Shown: positions 28,409-38,945, counted from the stretch's first letter. The stretch: DNA of 55,893 nt from Candidatus Omnitrophota bacterium (GCA_042572045.1 JBHPFI010000005.1:1-55893), one strand, 5' to 3'. A program made the numbers and translations. Notes: a model not told the origin generated them from the sequence alone.

Positions 28409-29626
28409 TCAGTGCCTAAAGGCTGACACCAGGCTCCACATAGGCATAAATACAGCCATGGCAAGAAGCAAAACCAGCATCCCCACCATTAATATTAAAA
28501 TCGGCTCTATTAGAACTGTCAGATTTTTTACAGTATAATCTGTTTGAGAATCATAATAATCTGAAACTCTCAGAAGCAAATCATCTACCTTGCCTGTTTC
28601 TTCGCCGATCTTCACCATCTGCATAACGATAGACGGGAATAAGCTACTTGCCTTCATGGGCTCTGCCAGGCCTTTGCCCTCTTCAACGCCTTTAATGATA
28701 TTATCGATAGAGTTCGCGATAATCCTGTTTCCAATAGATTTTTTAACAACAGCCAACGTTTCTATAATAGGCACTCCGCTGGCAGAAAGTACAGACGTCA
28801 TCCTACTAAACCTTGACATTGAAAACTTTAAAATAAGCGGGCCAAAAACCGGGATCTTTAACTTAACATTATCCCACAGAAGTCTTCCGATTTTAGTGTT
28901 GATAAAATATCTGAATGCAAATATTAAAACCAATACTCCAATAACCACAAGGAACCAGTAATGGACCAGTGCAAAATTCAAATTCAAAAGCATCCTTGTG
29001 GGAAGAGGGAGTTCAGCGCCAAGCCTTGCGAAAAGCGTACTGAACTTTGGTATAATAAACATTACTACTAAAGGAAACGCAAGAGCAATGCTCGCCATGA
29101 CCAATAATGGATAACGCGTCGCCTGTTTTATCTTCATCCTCATATCCTGCTCGTGTTCAAGAAGATTTGAAAGCCTCTCCAAGATAGTGTCAAGGATCCC
29201 AGCCACCTCTCCAGAACGTATCATATTTATATAAATCTCAGAGAATATGCCGGGAAACTTGGCTATGGAATCTGAAAAGGCTTTTCCCGCTTCTATATCA
29301 CGGGAAATCTCTTGAATGACATCCCTAAAATAACTGTTGCTACTCTGAGCGCATATAGACTCTAAACTGACAAGAATCGGCACGCCAGCGCGCTGAAGCG
29401 TCATAAGCTGACTAGTGAAAACTATCAATTCTTCTAAATTTACTCTACGGAAAAATCTTTGAAATGGTAGGGATTTTTTTAACCCTGGACTGGCCTTCTC
29501 TATCAGCGTAGGCGAATAGCCCATCTTTTTGAAATGGCTGGCAATGGATTCTGTGGATTCGCCCTCCATGGTGCCTGTAGACGCTCGCCCATATTTATCT
29601 CGGATTTTATATCGAAAAACTGGCAT
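28409..29626 (-). CDS. pilC: Type IV filament platform protein (PilC/GspF/MshG)
   Basis: FTSQL.TL..AGVPI, GE.AG.LD, YP, LP.PT, GEETG, IEP. Confidence 0.93.
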   Translation of the reverse strand: MPVFRYKIRDKYGRASTGTMEGESTESIASHFKKMGYSPTLIEKASPGLKKSLPFQRFFRRVNLEELIVFTSQLMTLQRAGVPILVSLESICAQSSNSYFRDVIQEISRDIEAGKAFSDSIAKFPGIFSEIYINMIRSGEVAGILDTILERLSNLLEHEQDMRMKIKQATRYPLLVMASIALAFPLVVMFIIPKFSTLFARLGAELPLPTRMLLNLNFALVHYWFLVVIGVLVLIFAFRYFINTKIGRLLWDNVKLKIPVFGPLILKFSMSRFSRMTSVLSASGVPIIETLAVVKKSIGNRIIANSIDNIIKGVEEGKGLAEPMKASSLFPSIVMQMVKIGEETGKVDDLLLRVSDYYDSQTDYTVKNLTVLIEPILILMVGMLVLLLAMAVFMPMWSLVSAFRH

Positions 29627-29680
29627 CGCTTTCCCCTCTGCATCATAACCTATTTGAGAAATGGACTATGAACGAGAACT

Positions 29681-31366
29681 TCATTCTTCCTGTGTTGCCT
29701 TTATTACCTCCTCTGCAGTTGTAACGCCTTTTAGCATCTTATCCAGACCGCTGTTTCTCAATGTCTTCATTCCATCTTCAACTGCCTTCCTCTGTATCGC
29801 GTCACTTGAGGCTCTGTTAACAACCAATTTTCTGATCTCTTCATTGAGCACTAAAAGTTCATATATACCGATTCTGCCCTTGTATCCTGTATTCTTACAA
29901 ATATTGCACCCCTTACCTCTGTATAATTCCTTAACATCTGCTGGAGTTACCCCAAAGCCCTTCAATAGATCCTCTGGGGGCTTATAAGCCTCTTTACATT
30001 TTGGACAAATCTTCCTTACAAGCCTCTGGCCTAAAATTCCTATAACAGAGCTGGAGATCAAAAACGGCTCCACTCCCATGTCCAAGAGTCTCGTTAAGGC
30101 GCCACTGGCGTCATTTGTATGCAATGTGCTGAAAACAAGGTGGCCTGTCAATGCTGCCTGCACGCTAATCTCAGCAGTCTCTTTATCCCTTACCTCTCCT
30201 ACCATAATTACATCCGGGTCTTGCCGTAATATTGACCTTAGACCTGATGCAAATGTCAATCCTGCTCTTGGATTTATCTGGGACTGCCTTACCCTGCCCA
30301 AGTGGCACTCAACAGGATCTTCTATGGTAATAATATTTTTTTCCTCCGAATCAATTACAGAAAGCGCTGAATAAAGAGTGGTGGTTTTACCGCTACCCGT
30401 AGGCCCTGTTGCCAGTATTATCCCGTAAGGCTGCCTTATCAACCTCTCAAACTTTTTCTGGACCGCCTTAGGAAAACCGAGCTTATCAAGATCCAGCAAT
30501 ATCGCTACCTTATCCAATATCCTTATTACAATATTCTCTCCGTATATAGTAGGAAAGGTAGAGACCCTCAGGTCAATGTCTCTATTTTCCGCCTTTATAT
30601 TAAACCTCCCGTCCTGAGGCTTTCGCTTCTCAGAAATGTCAAGATTGGCAAGCACTTTTATTCTCGACAAAAGAGCAAGTTCCAGATGTTTTGGCGGAGA
30701 GAACATCGCATACAGAATCCCATCGACCCTGAATCTTATCTTTAACGTATTTTCTTCTGGTTCAATATGTACGTCACTTGCCTTATCCTTTACCGCCTGC
30801 ATAATTATAAGATTTACAAGTTTTATTACAGGAGCATCTTCTGCTATCTCACTAAGCCTTTGCGAATCTATTTCAAGACGCGGCGCTTCCTTTTTTCTTT
30901 CTCTATTGATATCCTTTATTACATCGTCAACTGAACCCGTCACGCCGTAATACTGGTCTATTGCATTTAATATGCCCTTCTCGCTTGCCAATACCGGTTC
31001 TATCTCGCATGCGGATCTCTGCGCCAGGTCATCTATACTCATGATATCCTTGGGGTCTGTCATGGCTACTGTAAGGGTGTTGCCTATTTTAAAGACAGGT
31101 ATCACTCTAAACTTCCTCGCTATACTTTCCGGGATAAACTTCAATGTCTTAGAATCGACCAGATAATTTGTCAGATCGATATACGGCACTTCCAGGATCT
31201 CTGACATTGCCTGTACATAATCATCTTCGCTTACTGCCCCTGAGCGCACCAGCAACTTACCAAGGGGAATACCTTTTTTCTTGGACTCCTCCCTCATTTT
31301 ATTAATCTGCTCTTCTGTAATAAGAACGCGTTCCAGCAATATCTGTTCTATAGTTTTTTCTCTCAT
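29681..31366 (-). CDS. pilB: Extension ATPase (PilB/GspE/MshE family)
   Basis: GPTGSGKTT, EDPVE, RQDPDVIMVGEVRD, TGHLVFSTLHTN, CPKC/C..C zinc motif, degenerate MshEN N-terminus. Confidence 0.95.
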   Translation of the reverse strand: MREKTIEQILLERVLITEEQINKMREESKKKGIPLGKLLVRSGAVSEDDYVQAMSEILEVPYIDLTNYLVDSKTLKFIPESIARKFRVIPVFKIGNTLTVAMTDPKDIMSIDDLAQRSACEIEPVLASEKGILNAIDQYYGVTGSVDDVIKDINRERKKEAPRLEIDSQRLSEIAEDAPVIKLVNLIIMQAVKDKASDVHIEPEENTLKIRFRVDGILYAMFSPPKHLELALLSRIKVLANLDISEKRKPQDGRFNIKAENRDIDLRVSTFPTIYGENIVIRILDKVAILLDLDKLGFPKAVQKKFERLIRQPYGIILATGPTGSGKTTTLYSALSVIDSEEKNIITIEDPVECHLGRVRQSQINPRAGLTFASGLRSILRQDPDVIMVGEVRDKETAEISVQAALTGHLVFSTLHTNDASGALTRLLDMGVEPFLISSSVIGILGQRLVRKICPKCKEAYKPPEDLLKGFGVTPADVKELYRGKGCNICKNTGYKGRIGIYELLVLNEEIRKLVVNRASSDAIQRKAVEDGMKTLRNSGLDKMLKGVTTAEEVIKATQEE

Positions 31367-31731
31367 ATCTGTCTCTTTGTATAAAAATTTATCTTACTTA
31401 CAAGCTCTTCTATTTCAACAGGTTTAGAGATAAAATCAACTGCTCCGACATCTTTTACCTCTTTAGCAGTCTTACCGCCAGCAGAAAATAATATAACAGG
31501 TATATCCTTGAGCTCGTTATCCTCTTTCAGTTTCTTGCAGACCTCATAACCATGCATGACAGGCAGAAACAAATCTAATAGTATGATATCGGGCTTCATC
31601 TCTTTTGCTTTTTTAAAAGCGTCTAACCCATCATATGCGCACTTTATCTCAAACCCCCTGGATTCCAGGCGTATCTTCGTGATTTCTGTCAGATCTGTTT
31701 CGTCGTCTACCAATAGTATCTTTGTAGCCAT
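31363..31731 (-). CDS. Stand-alone response regulator receiver (type B); stop overlaps the ATPase ATG
   Basis: ILLVDDE, LLD, FSA, KPV. Confidence 0.93.
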   Translation of the reverse strand: MATKILLVDDETDLTEITKIRLESRGFEIKCAYDGLDAFKKAKEMKPDIILLDLFLPVMHGYEVCKKLKEDNELKDIPVILFSAGGKTAKEVKDVGAVDFISKPVEIEELVSKINFYTKRQI

Positions 31732-31771
31732 TACAGCCTACCTCATATAACGCTACCGATTACTTCGCTCT

Positions 31772-32146
31772 TTATATTTTCAATATATCTCTTATCTTAA
31801 AAATCAAATCGTCCAGCTCGAATGGCTTTTCAATATATCCATCGATCTTTTGAAAAGCAAACAGGTCTCTTACCTTTTCCTCTTCTTTGCCGCTCAGCAT
31901 CAAGATAGGCACATTTTTTACCTTCGGAAGATTTCTTATTTCCTTTAAACAGCTGTATCCATCCATCTTAGGCATCATAATATCTAAAATAATCAGATCG
32001 GGCGTCTCCTGTTCCGCAGTCTTTACTCCTATGTCACCATCGCCTGCAAGCACAACTTTAAAATTCTCCTGCTGAAGTCTTATCCTAAGTAATTTTTGTA
32101 TATCTTCTTCGTCATCTATAACCAAAATCTTTTTCTGCTCTTCCAT
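31772..32146 (-). CDS. Stand-alone response regulator receiver (type A)
   Basis: ILVIDDE, ILDIMMPKMDG, LSG, KPF; start ATG 32146 behind AAGGAGG. Confidence 0.93.
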   Translation of the reverse strand: MEEQKKILVIDDEEDIQKLLRIRLQQENFKVVLAGDGDIGVKTAEQETPDLIILDIMMPKMDGYSCLKEIRNLPKVKNVPILMLSGKEEEKVRDLFAFQKIDGYIEKPFELDDLIFKIRDILKI

Positions 32147-32217
32147 GTTTTCCTCCTTTAATAATAAATCTGTCCGAGACGCGAGCAAAGTTAAACACGC
32201 CGCGAATAATTATATCC

Positions 32218-32586
32218 CTATTTAATTAGCTTTTTTATATTCTCCAATAAAATCTGCGGTTCGAATGGCTTCGTGATGTAAGCGTCGGCGCCCATCTGTT
32301 TACCGAGCTCTTCATCTTGTTTTTGAGCGCGCGCGGTAAACATAATGATAGGAATGGTCTTATATCTCTCGTCAAACTTGAGCATCCTGCATACCTTAAA
32401 TCCATCTATCTTGGGAAGCATCAGATCGAGGATTATCAAATCCGGTTTGGCAGACCTGGCTTTTTCTAAACCCTCCTGTCCGTCTCCTGCTTCCAAGACA
32501 TCATAATCCATTGCTTCCAGGCGGAATTTCAGCATCTTCCTTAAATCTTCTTCGTCATCAACCAAAAGTATTCTTTTTTTATCCAT
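32218..32586 (-). CDS. Stand-alone response regulator receiver (type B)
   Basis: ILLVDDE, ILDLMLPKIDG, FTA, GADAYITKPF. Confidence 0.93.
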   Translation of the reverse strand: MDKKRILLVDDEEDLRKMLKFRLEAMDYDVLEAGDGQEGLEKARSAKPDLIILDLMLPKIDGFKVCRMLKFDERYKTIPIIMFTARAQKQDEELGKQMGADAYITKPFEPQILLENIKKLIK

Positions 32587-32950
32587 TTACTACTATCTTT
32601 ATTTTTTGTAATAAATCGCTTGGCTCAAATGGCTTTTCAATAAAAAATGCTATCTTTTCGAGAGCGAAAAGATCCCCAAGCTTTTTCTTTTGTTTAGCGC
32701 TTAGGACAATAACGGGTATCTCTTTAAGGTCCTCCTTATTTCTCATCTCCCGCAAGGCGCTGTATCCGTCCATGTTTGGGAGCATAATGTCAAGCAATAT
32801 CACGTCTGGCTTTTTAACCTCCACGACCTTAAGCATTTCATTGCCATCTTTCGCGCACATAAATTCATATCCCTCTGCCTCTAGTCTCATCTTCAACATC
32901 TTTAGTAAGTCTTCGTCGTCATCTACAACCAATATCCTTTTCGCATCCAT
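32579..32950 (-). CDS. Stand-alone response regulator receiver (type A)
   Basis: ILVVDDD, LLDIMLPNMDG, LSA, KPF; GGAGGTG RBS. Confidence 0.93.
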   Translation of the reverse strand: MDAKRILVVDDDEDLLKMLKMRLEAEGYEFMCAKDGNEMLKVVEVKKPDVILLDIMLPNMDGYSALREMRNKEDLKEIPVIVLSAKQKKKLGDLFALEKIAFFIEKPFEPSDLLQKIKIVVNG

Positions 32951-33066
32951 TCTTCACCTCCGGTATTCAATATATATGATGTTTTTCTAATAAATCTTTT
33001 TTATTTCCTGTTTTCTTACGACAAGCTATTTCATGGTCAAGCATGATATTTATATACATTATATAG

Positions 33067-33094
33067 AGTATATACCAAAATATTACCTAGTCAA
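33067..33094 (-). promoter_or_regulatory. Candidate promoter of the receiver/pilus operon
   Basis: TTGACT (33089-33094), 16 nt, TATACT (33067-33072). Confidence 0.5.
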
Positions 33095-33200
33095 CCTGTC
33101 TGTATCAAAAAACTGTGCTGTTTAAACAAACAGGTTGTATAATCACTGCCTATGTTTTCTGTTACCGGTTGTACTGTATAGCCAGTGCAATGTGTTACTT

Positions 33201-33710
33201 TTAAAAACGAGATGTCACCTTGTCCCAAAGCCCCTGCGATTTCAATATTATTTCAATGGCCTCTCTCACAGCGCCTTTGCCACCCTCTTTCTTAGTGATA
33301 TAGTGGGACACCTTTCTGACCTCTTCTACTGCATTCGGAGGTGCTACCGCAAAGCCAACCCTTTTTATTATAGCAAGGTCCAAAAGGTCATCCCCTATAA
33401 AACAAACCTCTTCATCTTTTAACCTGAACTTCTTGATGACCTTCTCATAGACCCTGAGCTTTCTGTGGTCTGAATAAACAGCCGCAACGTGCATATCGCG
33501 CGCCCTACGTCTGACTACCCTACTCTTTCTTGCAGTAATAATAACTGATTTTATGCCTCCTTTATAAAGAAGCATCATGCCAAAACCATCAAGCACGTTA
33601 AAACATTTAAGCATATCTCCAAGATTGTCGTAAATTATGCGGCCATCAGTAAGCACTCCGTCAACATCCAGTATTAACAGCTTTATCTTTCTTGCTTTTT
33701 CTTCTATCAT
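33201..33710 (-). CDS. kdsC: KDO 8-phosphate phosphatase
   Basis: LDVDGVLTDG HAD motif, GDDLLD, GGKGAVRE. Confidence 0.95.
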   Translation of the reverse strand: MIEEKARKIKLLILDVDGVLTDGRIIYDNLGDMLKCFNVLDGFGMMLLYKGGIKSVIITARKSRVVRRRARDMHVAAVYSDHRKLRVYEKVIKKFRLKDEEVCFIGDDLLDLAIIKRVGFAVAPPNAVEEVRKVSHYITKKEGGKGAVREAIEIILKSQGLWDKVTSRF

Positions 33711-33720
33711 TGAAATGGTA

Positions 33721-34680
33721 TTATACCAAACCTGCTTTTAAGAGATCCTGGACATCTACTAGACCTATAGCGCGATCTTTCTCATCGACTATTGGAATCT
33801 CATCAATCTTATGCTCACGCAAAATCCTCAACGCCTCAACCGCAAGACAGCCCTTTTTTAGCGTCTTGGGCATTTTTGTCATGACATCCTTGACATCTTT
33901 CTTCAAAAGATCAGAACTCTTCTTTAAATGTCTCCTTAAATCGCCATCCGTAAAAATGCCTTTGATCTTGCCATTTTTATTCACAACCGTAGCGCTGCCG
34001 GTCCTAGCAGAGGTAATTGCCAGAAGGACATTCTTTACTTTCGTATGCTCCTTTACAATAGGATTTGTTTTGCCTTTTCTCATGATATCTTCTACTTTTA
34101 AAAGAAGCTTTTTCCCGAGATTTCCTCCTGGATGAAGAAAGGCAAAATCCTTCATCTTAAAGCCTCTCTTGTCCATAAGAGCAGCACATAGGGCATCTCC
34201 CATGGCAAGCATAGTAGTCGTGCTGGCCATAGGCGCGAGGCCCAAAGGGCATGCCTCTTCTTTGATAGAAACATCAAGAGTGGCATCGCTATTTTTTGCC
34301 AAGGTTGAACGCGTATTACCTGTTATAGCAATCAATCTGGCCCCAATCTTTTTTATGTGAGGGATTAGCCTTATAGTCTCTTCTGTCTCTCCACTCTTTG
34401 AAACAGCAATTACTGTATCTTGCTTTCTCACGCGGCCAATATCGCCATGAACTGCCTCTGCTGAATGCAGCCATAGACTCGGTGTGCCTGTAGAGGAAAG
34501 CGTTGCAGAAATCTTTGAGCCAATAATACCCGCCTTTCCCATACCTGTAACAACAACCCTGCCTTTGGAGGCAAATATAAGGTTGATTGCCTTCTCAAAA
34601 TCCTTATTTATGCGAGAGGCGAGCTCTTTTATAGAATTGGCTTCGATTTTTAAAACTTGTTTTGCGCGTTTTTTCAACAT
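33721..34680 (-). CDS. kdsD: Arabinose-5-phosphate isomerase (KpsF/GutQ) with CBS pair
   Basis: TGMGKAG, STGTP, EAVHGD, HPGG, GIFTDGDLRR. Confidence 0.95.
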   Translation of the reverse strand: MLKKRAKQVLKIEANSIKELASRINKDFEKAINLIFASKGRVVVTGMGKAGIIGSKISATLSSTGTPSLWLHSAEAVHGDIGRVRKQDTVIAVSKSGETEETIRLIPHIKKIGARLIAITGNTRSTLAKNSDATLDVSIKEEACPLGLAPMASTTTMLAMGDALCAALMDKRGFKMKDFAFLHPGGNLGKKLLLKVEDIMRKGKTNPIVKEHTKVKNVLLAITSARTGSATVVNKNGKIKGIFTDGDLRRHLKKSSDLLKKDVKDVMTKMPKTLKKGCLAVEALRILREHKIDEIPIVDEKDRAIGLVDVQDLLKAGLV

Positions 34681-34691
34681 GACCTTTTATA

Positions 34692-35522
34692 TCACTTGTT
34701 GCATCTGGCGATATTATCCATTTCTTTTACATCCTTTAATAATTTTTCCAATGTCTTAAACGTAATCATGTTCGGGCCATCGCAAGGAGCCTTGTCAGGG
34801 TCCTTATGAACCTCTAAAAACAAACCTTCACAGCCCATTGCCACCGCTGCGCGCGAAAGACCTGGGACAAATTCCCTTTCTCCGCCAGAAGCAATGCCTT
34901 TGCCTCCGGGCAGTTGAACGCTATGCGTCGCGTCATAAACAACAGGGTATCCAAATCCACGCATTATCTGTAAAGACCGCATGTCGCTTATAAGATTATT
35001 GTAGCCGAACATGGTACCGCGTTCTGTAATAATAATATCCTTGTTGCCGGAAGAGGATACTATCTTCTCTATTACATTTCCCATGTCATGCGGCGCCATA
35101 AACTGGCCCTTCTTTATATTCACAGCTTTTCCTGTCTTTGCGACCTCTATGACAAAATCGGTCTGCCTGCACAGAAAAGCGGGTATCTGAATAATATCCA
35201 GGACCCTCTTTGCCTTATCAAGCTCGATTCTGCAGTGCACATCGCTCAATACAGGAACATCTAAGTCCTTCTTAATCTTTGCCAGTATTTCCAGGCCTTC
35301 ATCGATCCCAGGCCCTCTATACGAGCTCAGGTTAGAACGATTCGCCTTATCGTAGCTGGATTTAAATATAAAAGGGGCGCCTTGCTTGGCGCAGATATCT
35401 TTAATGGCTTTTGCATGGTCCAATGCATGTTTTTCGCTTTCAATCACGCATGGACCGGCAATCAGAACGACAGGGCCTTTTCCGCCTATCTTTATACCTC
35501 TTATTTTTATTTCCCTGATCAT
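34692..35522 (-). CDS. kdsA: KDO 8-phosphate synthase
   Basis: AGPCVIES, KSSYDKANRS, PAFLCRQTD, DATHSVQ, CDGP. Confidence 0.97.
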   Translation of the reverse strand: MIREIKIRGIKIGGKGPVVLIAGPCVIESEKHALDHAKAIKDICAKQGAPFIFKSSYDKANRSNLSSYRGPGIDEGLEILAKIKKDLDVPVLSDVHCRIELDKAKRVLDIIQIPAFLCRQTDFVIEVAKTGKAVNIKKGQFMAPHDMGNVIEKIVSSSGNKDIIITERGTMFGYNNLISDMRSLQIMRGFGYPVVYDATHSVQLPGGKGIASGGEREFVPGLSRAAVAMGCEGLFLEVHKDPDKAPCDGPNMITFKTLEKLLKDVKEMDNIARCNK

Positions 35523-35524
35523 AT

Positions 35525-37132
35525 CTAACCCTTTGAATATTCTAATGCCTCGCGCAGAAAATTCTTAAACAAGGGGTGGCAATCATCCGGCTTTGACTTG
35601 AACTCCGGATGAAACTGGCACGCAACAAACCACGGGTGATCCTTGATTTCTATTATCTCCACCAATCGTAAATCAGGAGATGAGCCTGAAACAACAAGGC
35701 CTTCCTTTTCCATGTTCCTCTTGTAATGTATATCAAACTCATATCTGTGCCTATGTCTCTCTGAAACCTTTTCTTTACTATAGGCCTCGTACGCATGACT
35801 TCCTTTTTTTAGCTTGCACGGATACGCGCCCAGACGCATGGTGCCCCCCATGTCCTTAACCCTCTTCTGTTCTTCAAGAAGACTTATAACAGGATACGGA
35901 GTTGATTTATCAAATTCTGTAGAATTCGCTTTTTTCAACTTGCATACATTTTTTGCAAATTCTATAACAGCGCATTGCATGCCTAGACATATTCCAAAAA
36001 ATGGTATTTTGTTTTCCCTTGCAAATTTTATAGCCTTGAGCTTGCCTTCTATGCCGCGCGTGCCAAAACCGCCCGGCACCAAAATACCATGTATGCCTTT
36101 TAAAAATTTATCAACGTCCTTCTCTTCAATATCCTCTGAGTCAATCTTTTTAATGTCTACCCTCGCGTCATTGGCAATACCTGCATGCCTGAGCGCCTCG
36201 TAGATGGACTTATATGCGTCATTAAGCTCTATATATTTTCCGACCACTGCTATAGTAACCTTTTTCGACGGATGGAGCGCCCTTTTGACAACCTTGTTCT
36301 GCCATTCGCTCAGGTCACCTTGTTTGTATTTCAAATCAAGAAGCCTTAATATGATCTTCCCCAAACCCTGCTTCTGAAATAAAAATGGGACTTCATAGAT
36401 ATCTTTTACGTCAGGCGCATCTATTACAGCATCTTCATCCACATTACAGAATAGGGCTATTTTTTCTTTTACCTTTTTTGAAAGTAGCTTTTCGGTTCTG
36501 CAGATTAATATCTCGGGCTGTATTCCTATCTCTCTCAATTTGCCAACGCTATGCTGAGTAGGTTTTGTCTTTACCTCCTGCGCCGCTTTTAAATATGGCA
36601 CCAGGGTTACGTGAACATTTATTACATTCCCTCTCCCAGTATGTTGCTTAAACTGTCTGATTGCTTCAAGGAAAGGAAGGCTTTCTATGTCTCCTACAGT
36701 CCCACCTACTTCACATATGACAATATCAACATCCTTGCCGCTCGAAACCTTTTTTATGTGGGATATTATCTCATTTGTTATGTGCGGGACCACCTGGACA
36801 GTCGCACCTAAATAATCGCCCTTGCGCTCCTTTGTGATAACGGAATGATATATCTTGCCAGTGGTTATATTGTTCTCTTTGCTCATAGAGGCGCTTGTAA
36901 AGCGTTCGTAATGACCAAGGTCAAGATCTGTCTCAGTGCCGTCCTCGATTACATAAACTTCGCCGTGCTGAAAAGGATTCATTGTGCCGGGATCTACGTT
37001 GATATACGGGTCGCATTTCTGGATGGTTATCTTAAACCCCTTGGATTCCAAGAGCCGTCCTATGGAAGCAGATGTAATGCCCTTGCCAAGACTTGAAACT
37101 ACACCGCCTGTTATAAATATATATTTCGGCAT
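35525..37132 (-). CDS. pyrG: CTP synthase
   Basis: [33 protein letters not shown]. Confidence 0.98.
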   Translation of the reverse strand: MPKYIFITGGVVSSLGKGITSASIGRLLESKGFKITIQKCDPYINVDPGTMNPFQHGEVYVIEDGTETDLDLGHYERFTSASMSKENNITTGKIYHSVITKERKGDYLGATVQVVPHITNEIISHIKKVSSGKDVDIVICEVGGTVGDIESLPFLEAIRQFKQHTGRGNVINVHVTLVPYLKAAQEVKTKPTQHSVGKLREIGIQPEILICRTEKLLSKKVKEKIALFCNVDEDAVIDAPDVKDIYEVPFLFQKQGLGKIILRLLDLKYKQGDLSEWQNKVVKRALHPSKKVTIAVVGKYIELNDAYKSIYEALRHAGIANDARVDIKKIDSEDIEEKDVDKFLKGIHGILVPGGFGTRGIEGKLKAIKFARENKIPFFGICLGMQCAVIEFAKNVCKLKKANSTEFDKSTPYPVISLLEEQKRVKDMGGTMRLGAYPCKLKKGSHAYEAYSKEKVSERHRHRYEFDIHYKRNMEKEGLVVSGSSPDLRLVEIIEIKDHPWFVACQFHPEFKSKPDDCHPLFKNFLREALEYSKG

Positions 37133-37145
37133 ATTGTTCGTTGTT

Positions 37146-37910
37146 TTATAAAAAACTGAGCTGTCTTGATCCCTTTATAAGCTCGGTTGCCTTTTGTAAA
37201 TCCTCTGGCGTATCTATCCCAACTGTATCAAATTTTGTTTCTATGACTTTTAGCCTATACCCATTCTCTATGATTCTGAGCTGCTCCAATCTTTCGATCT
37301 TTTCAAGTTTAGATTGAGGCAAACTCTTAAAGGTAAAAAGAAAATCCTTGCTATATGCATAAAGACCGATATGCTTATAGTAATTCGACCTGCGCCTGTT
37401 GCCCCAAGATCCACCCTGATCTACTTCGTATGGAATAGCGTTACGTGAAAAATACATGGCAAAGCCTTTTCTATCCATCACGACCTTTACTACGTTTGGA
37501 TCCAAAAAGTCCTGCTCGTTTTTAATCTTATGGCAAAGAGTCACCACGTGTATGGTGTCGTCTTTCAAAATAGGTACCACTACATCATCTATCATGCTAG
37601 GATGCACAAGCGGCTCATCTGCCTGAATATTAACTACAACCTTTGTATCGATTGAAATCACTGCCTCGGTAAGCCTGTCCGAGCCACTTTTGTGAGCCTT
37701 TGACGTGTATATCACCTTTGCGCCAAATCCTTTAGCGCAATTATAAATACGTCTATCGTCGGTCGCTATTATTAAATCATCTATGGACTTGCACTTTTTA
37801 GCATTTGTCCACGTGTGCTGGATTACTGGCTTACCGCAAAAATCTGCCAGAAGTTTTCCTTCGAATCTCGTTGAACCGTATCGTGCTGGAATTATTCCTA
37901 TGGCATCCAT
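37146..37910 (-). CDS. kdsB: CMP-KDO synthetase
   Basis: [32 protein letters not shown]; start ATG 37910. Confidence 0.96.
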   Translation of the reverse strand: MDAIGIIPARYGSTRFEGKLLADFCGKPVIQHTWTNAKKCKSIDDLIIATDDRRIYNCAKGFGAKVIYTSKAHKSGSDRLTEAVISIDTKVVVNIQADEPLVHPSMIDDVVVPILKDDTIHVVTLCHKIKNEQDFLDPNVVKVVMDRKGFAMYFSRNAIPYEVDQGGSWGNRRRSNYYKHIGLYAYSKDFLFTFKSLPQSKLEKIERLEQLRIIENGYRLKVIETKFDTVGIDTPEDLQKATELIKGSRQLSFL

Positions 37911-37967
37911 GTCTAAAAAATTAATAGCTCTTTTTCTTTCCTCTGGCCAGAGCAAAGAAAAGTTAGA

Positions 37968-38945
37968 TTACTTTATTCTCGACAACATCTCTTCCTGTGT
38001 TACTACAGCGATCCCGACCTTGCCCACTACAATACCCGCTGCGAAATTTGATATATGGGCTGCGTCTATCATGCTTGCGCCTGCTGCAAGGGCTAATGTA
38101 AAAGCCCCTATCACTGTATCGCCTGCGCCTGAAACATCAAATACATCCTGCGCAACCGTAGGTATATGAGTAATACGACCTTTATTCTCAAAAAGCTGCA
38201 TGCCATTTTCGCCCAACGTCATGAGCACTGCATCGCACTTTAATTTTTTAAGCAGTATTTTTCCTATATCAATAAGACTTTTGTCGTCTTTGACCTTGAT
38301 GCCGGTCACCCTGGATGCCTCATGATGATTCGGAGTAATTGCCGTAACTCCTTTGTAATAATGAAGGTGCTCTTCTTTGGGGTCCACGGTTACTATTTTT
38401 TTATGTCTCCTGGCCAATCTTAAAATCTCCTGCAAAAGCCCGGGCGTTATAACGCCTTTACCATAATCCTCGATTATAATAGCGTCTATATCGTCTATTA
38501 TCAGTTTAACATAGTCTATCAACTGAGTAACCACGCCCACGCTTAAACCGTCCATCTTTTCCTTATCAATCCTCACGACCTGCTGATGGTGCGCAATGAC
38601 CCTTGTCTTCAATGTGGTCGGCCTTTCTCCATCAACAACAATCCCACCTATATCCATGCCCTTCTTTCTGAGTTCTTCTGTAAGGATCCTGCCTCTTCCA
38701 TCCGCGCCAACAACGCCTGCCAGATACGTTTTTCCTCCAAGCGTATGAATATTATTGGCTACATTTGCGGCGCCTCCTGGCATAAACGACTCTGATTTAA
38801 CCCAGACAACAGGAACAGGCGCTTCCGGAGAAATCCTTGAAACATCACCCCATAAAAATTCATCCAAGATCAAATCCCCTATTATAAGGACTCTGCCCTT
38901 AGAAAATCTTGATATAATCCTACTGGCCTTCTTCCTGTTCCTCAC
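37968..38945 (-). CDS. rfaE1: D-glycero-beta-D-manno-heptose-7-phosphate kinase (stand-alone RfaE domain I)
   Basis: RISPEAPVPV, GGAANVA, DYGKG, DVSGAGDT. Confidence 0.94.
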   Translation of the reverse strand: MRNRKKASRIISRFSKGRVLIIGDLILDEFLWGDVSRISPEAPVPVVWVKSESFMPGGAANVANNIHTLGGKTYLAGVVGADGRGRILTEELRKKGMDIGGIVVDGERPTTLKTRVIAHHQQVVRIDKEKMDGLSVGVVTQLIDYVKLIIDDIDAIIIEDYGKGVITPGLLQEILRLARRHKKIVTVDPKEEHLHYYKGVTAITPNHHEASRVTGIKVKDDKSLIDIGKILLKKLKCDAVLMTLGENGMQLFENKGRITHIPTVAQDVFDVSGAGDTVIGAFTLALAAGASMIDAAHISNFAAGIVVGKVGIAVVTQEEMLSRIK

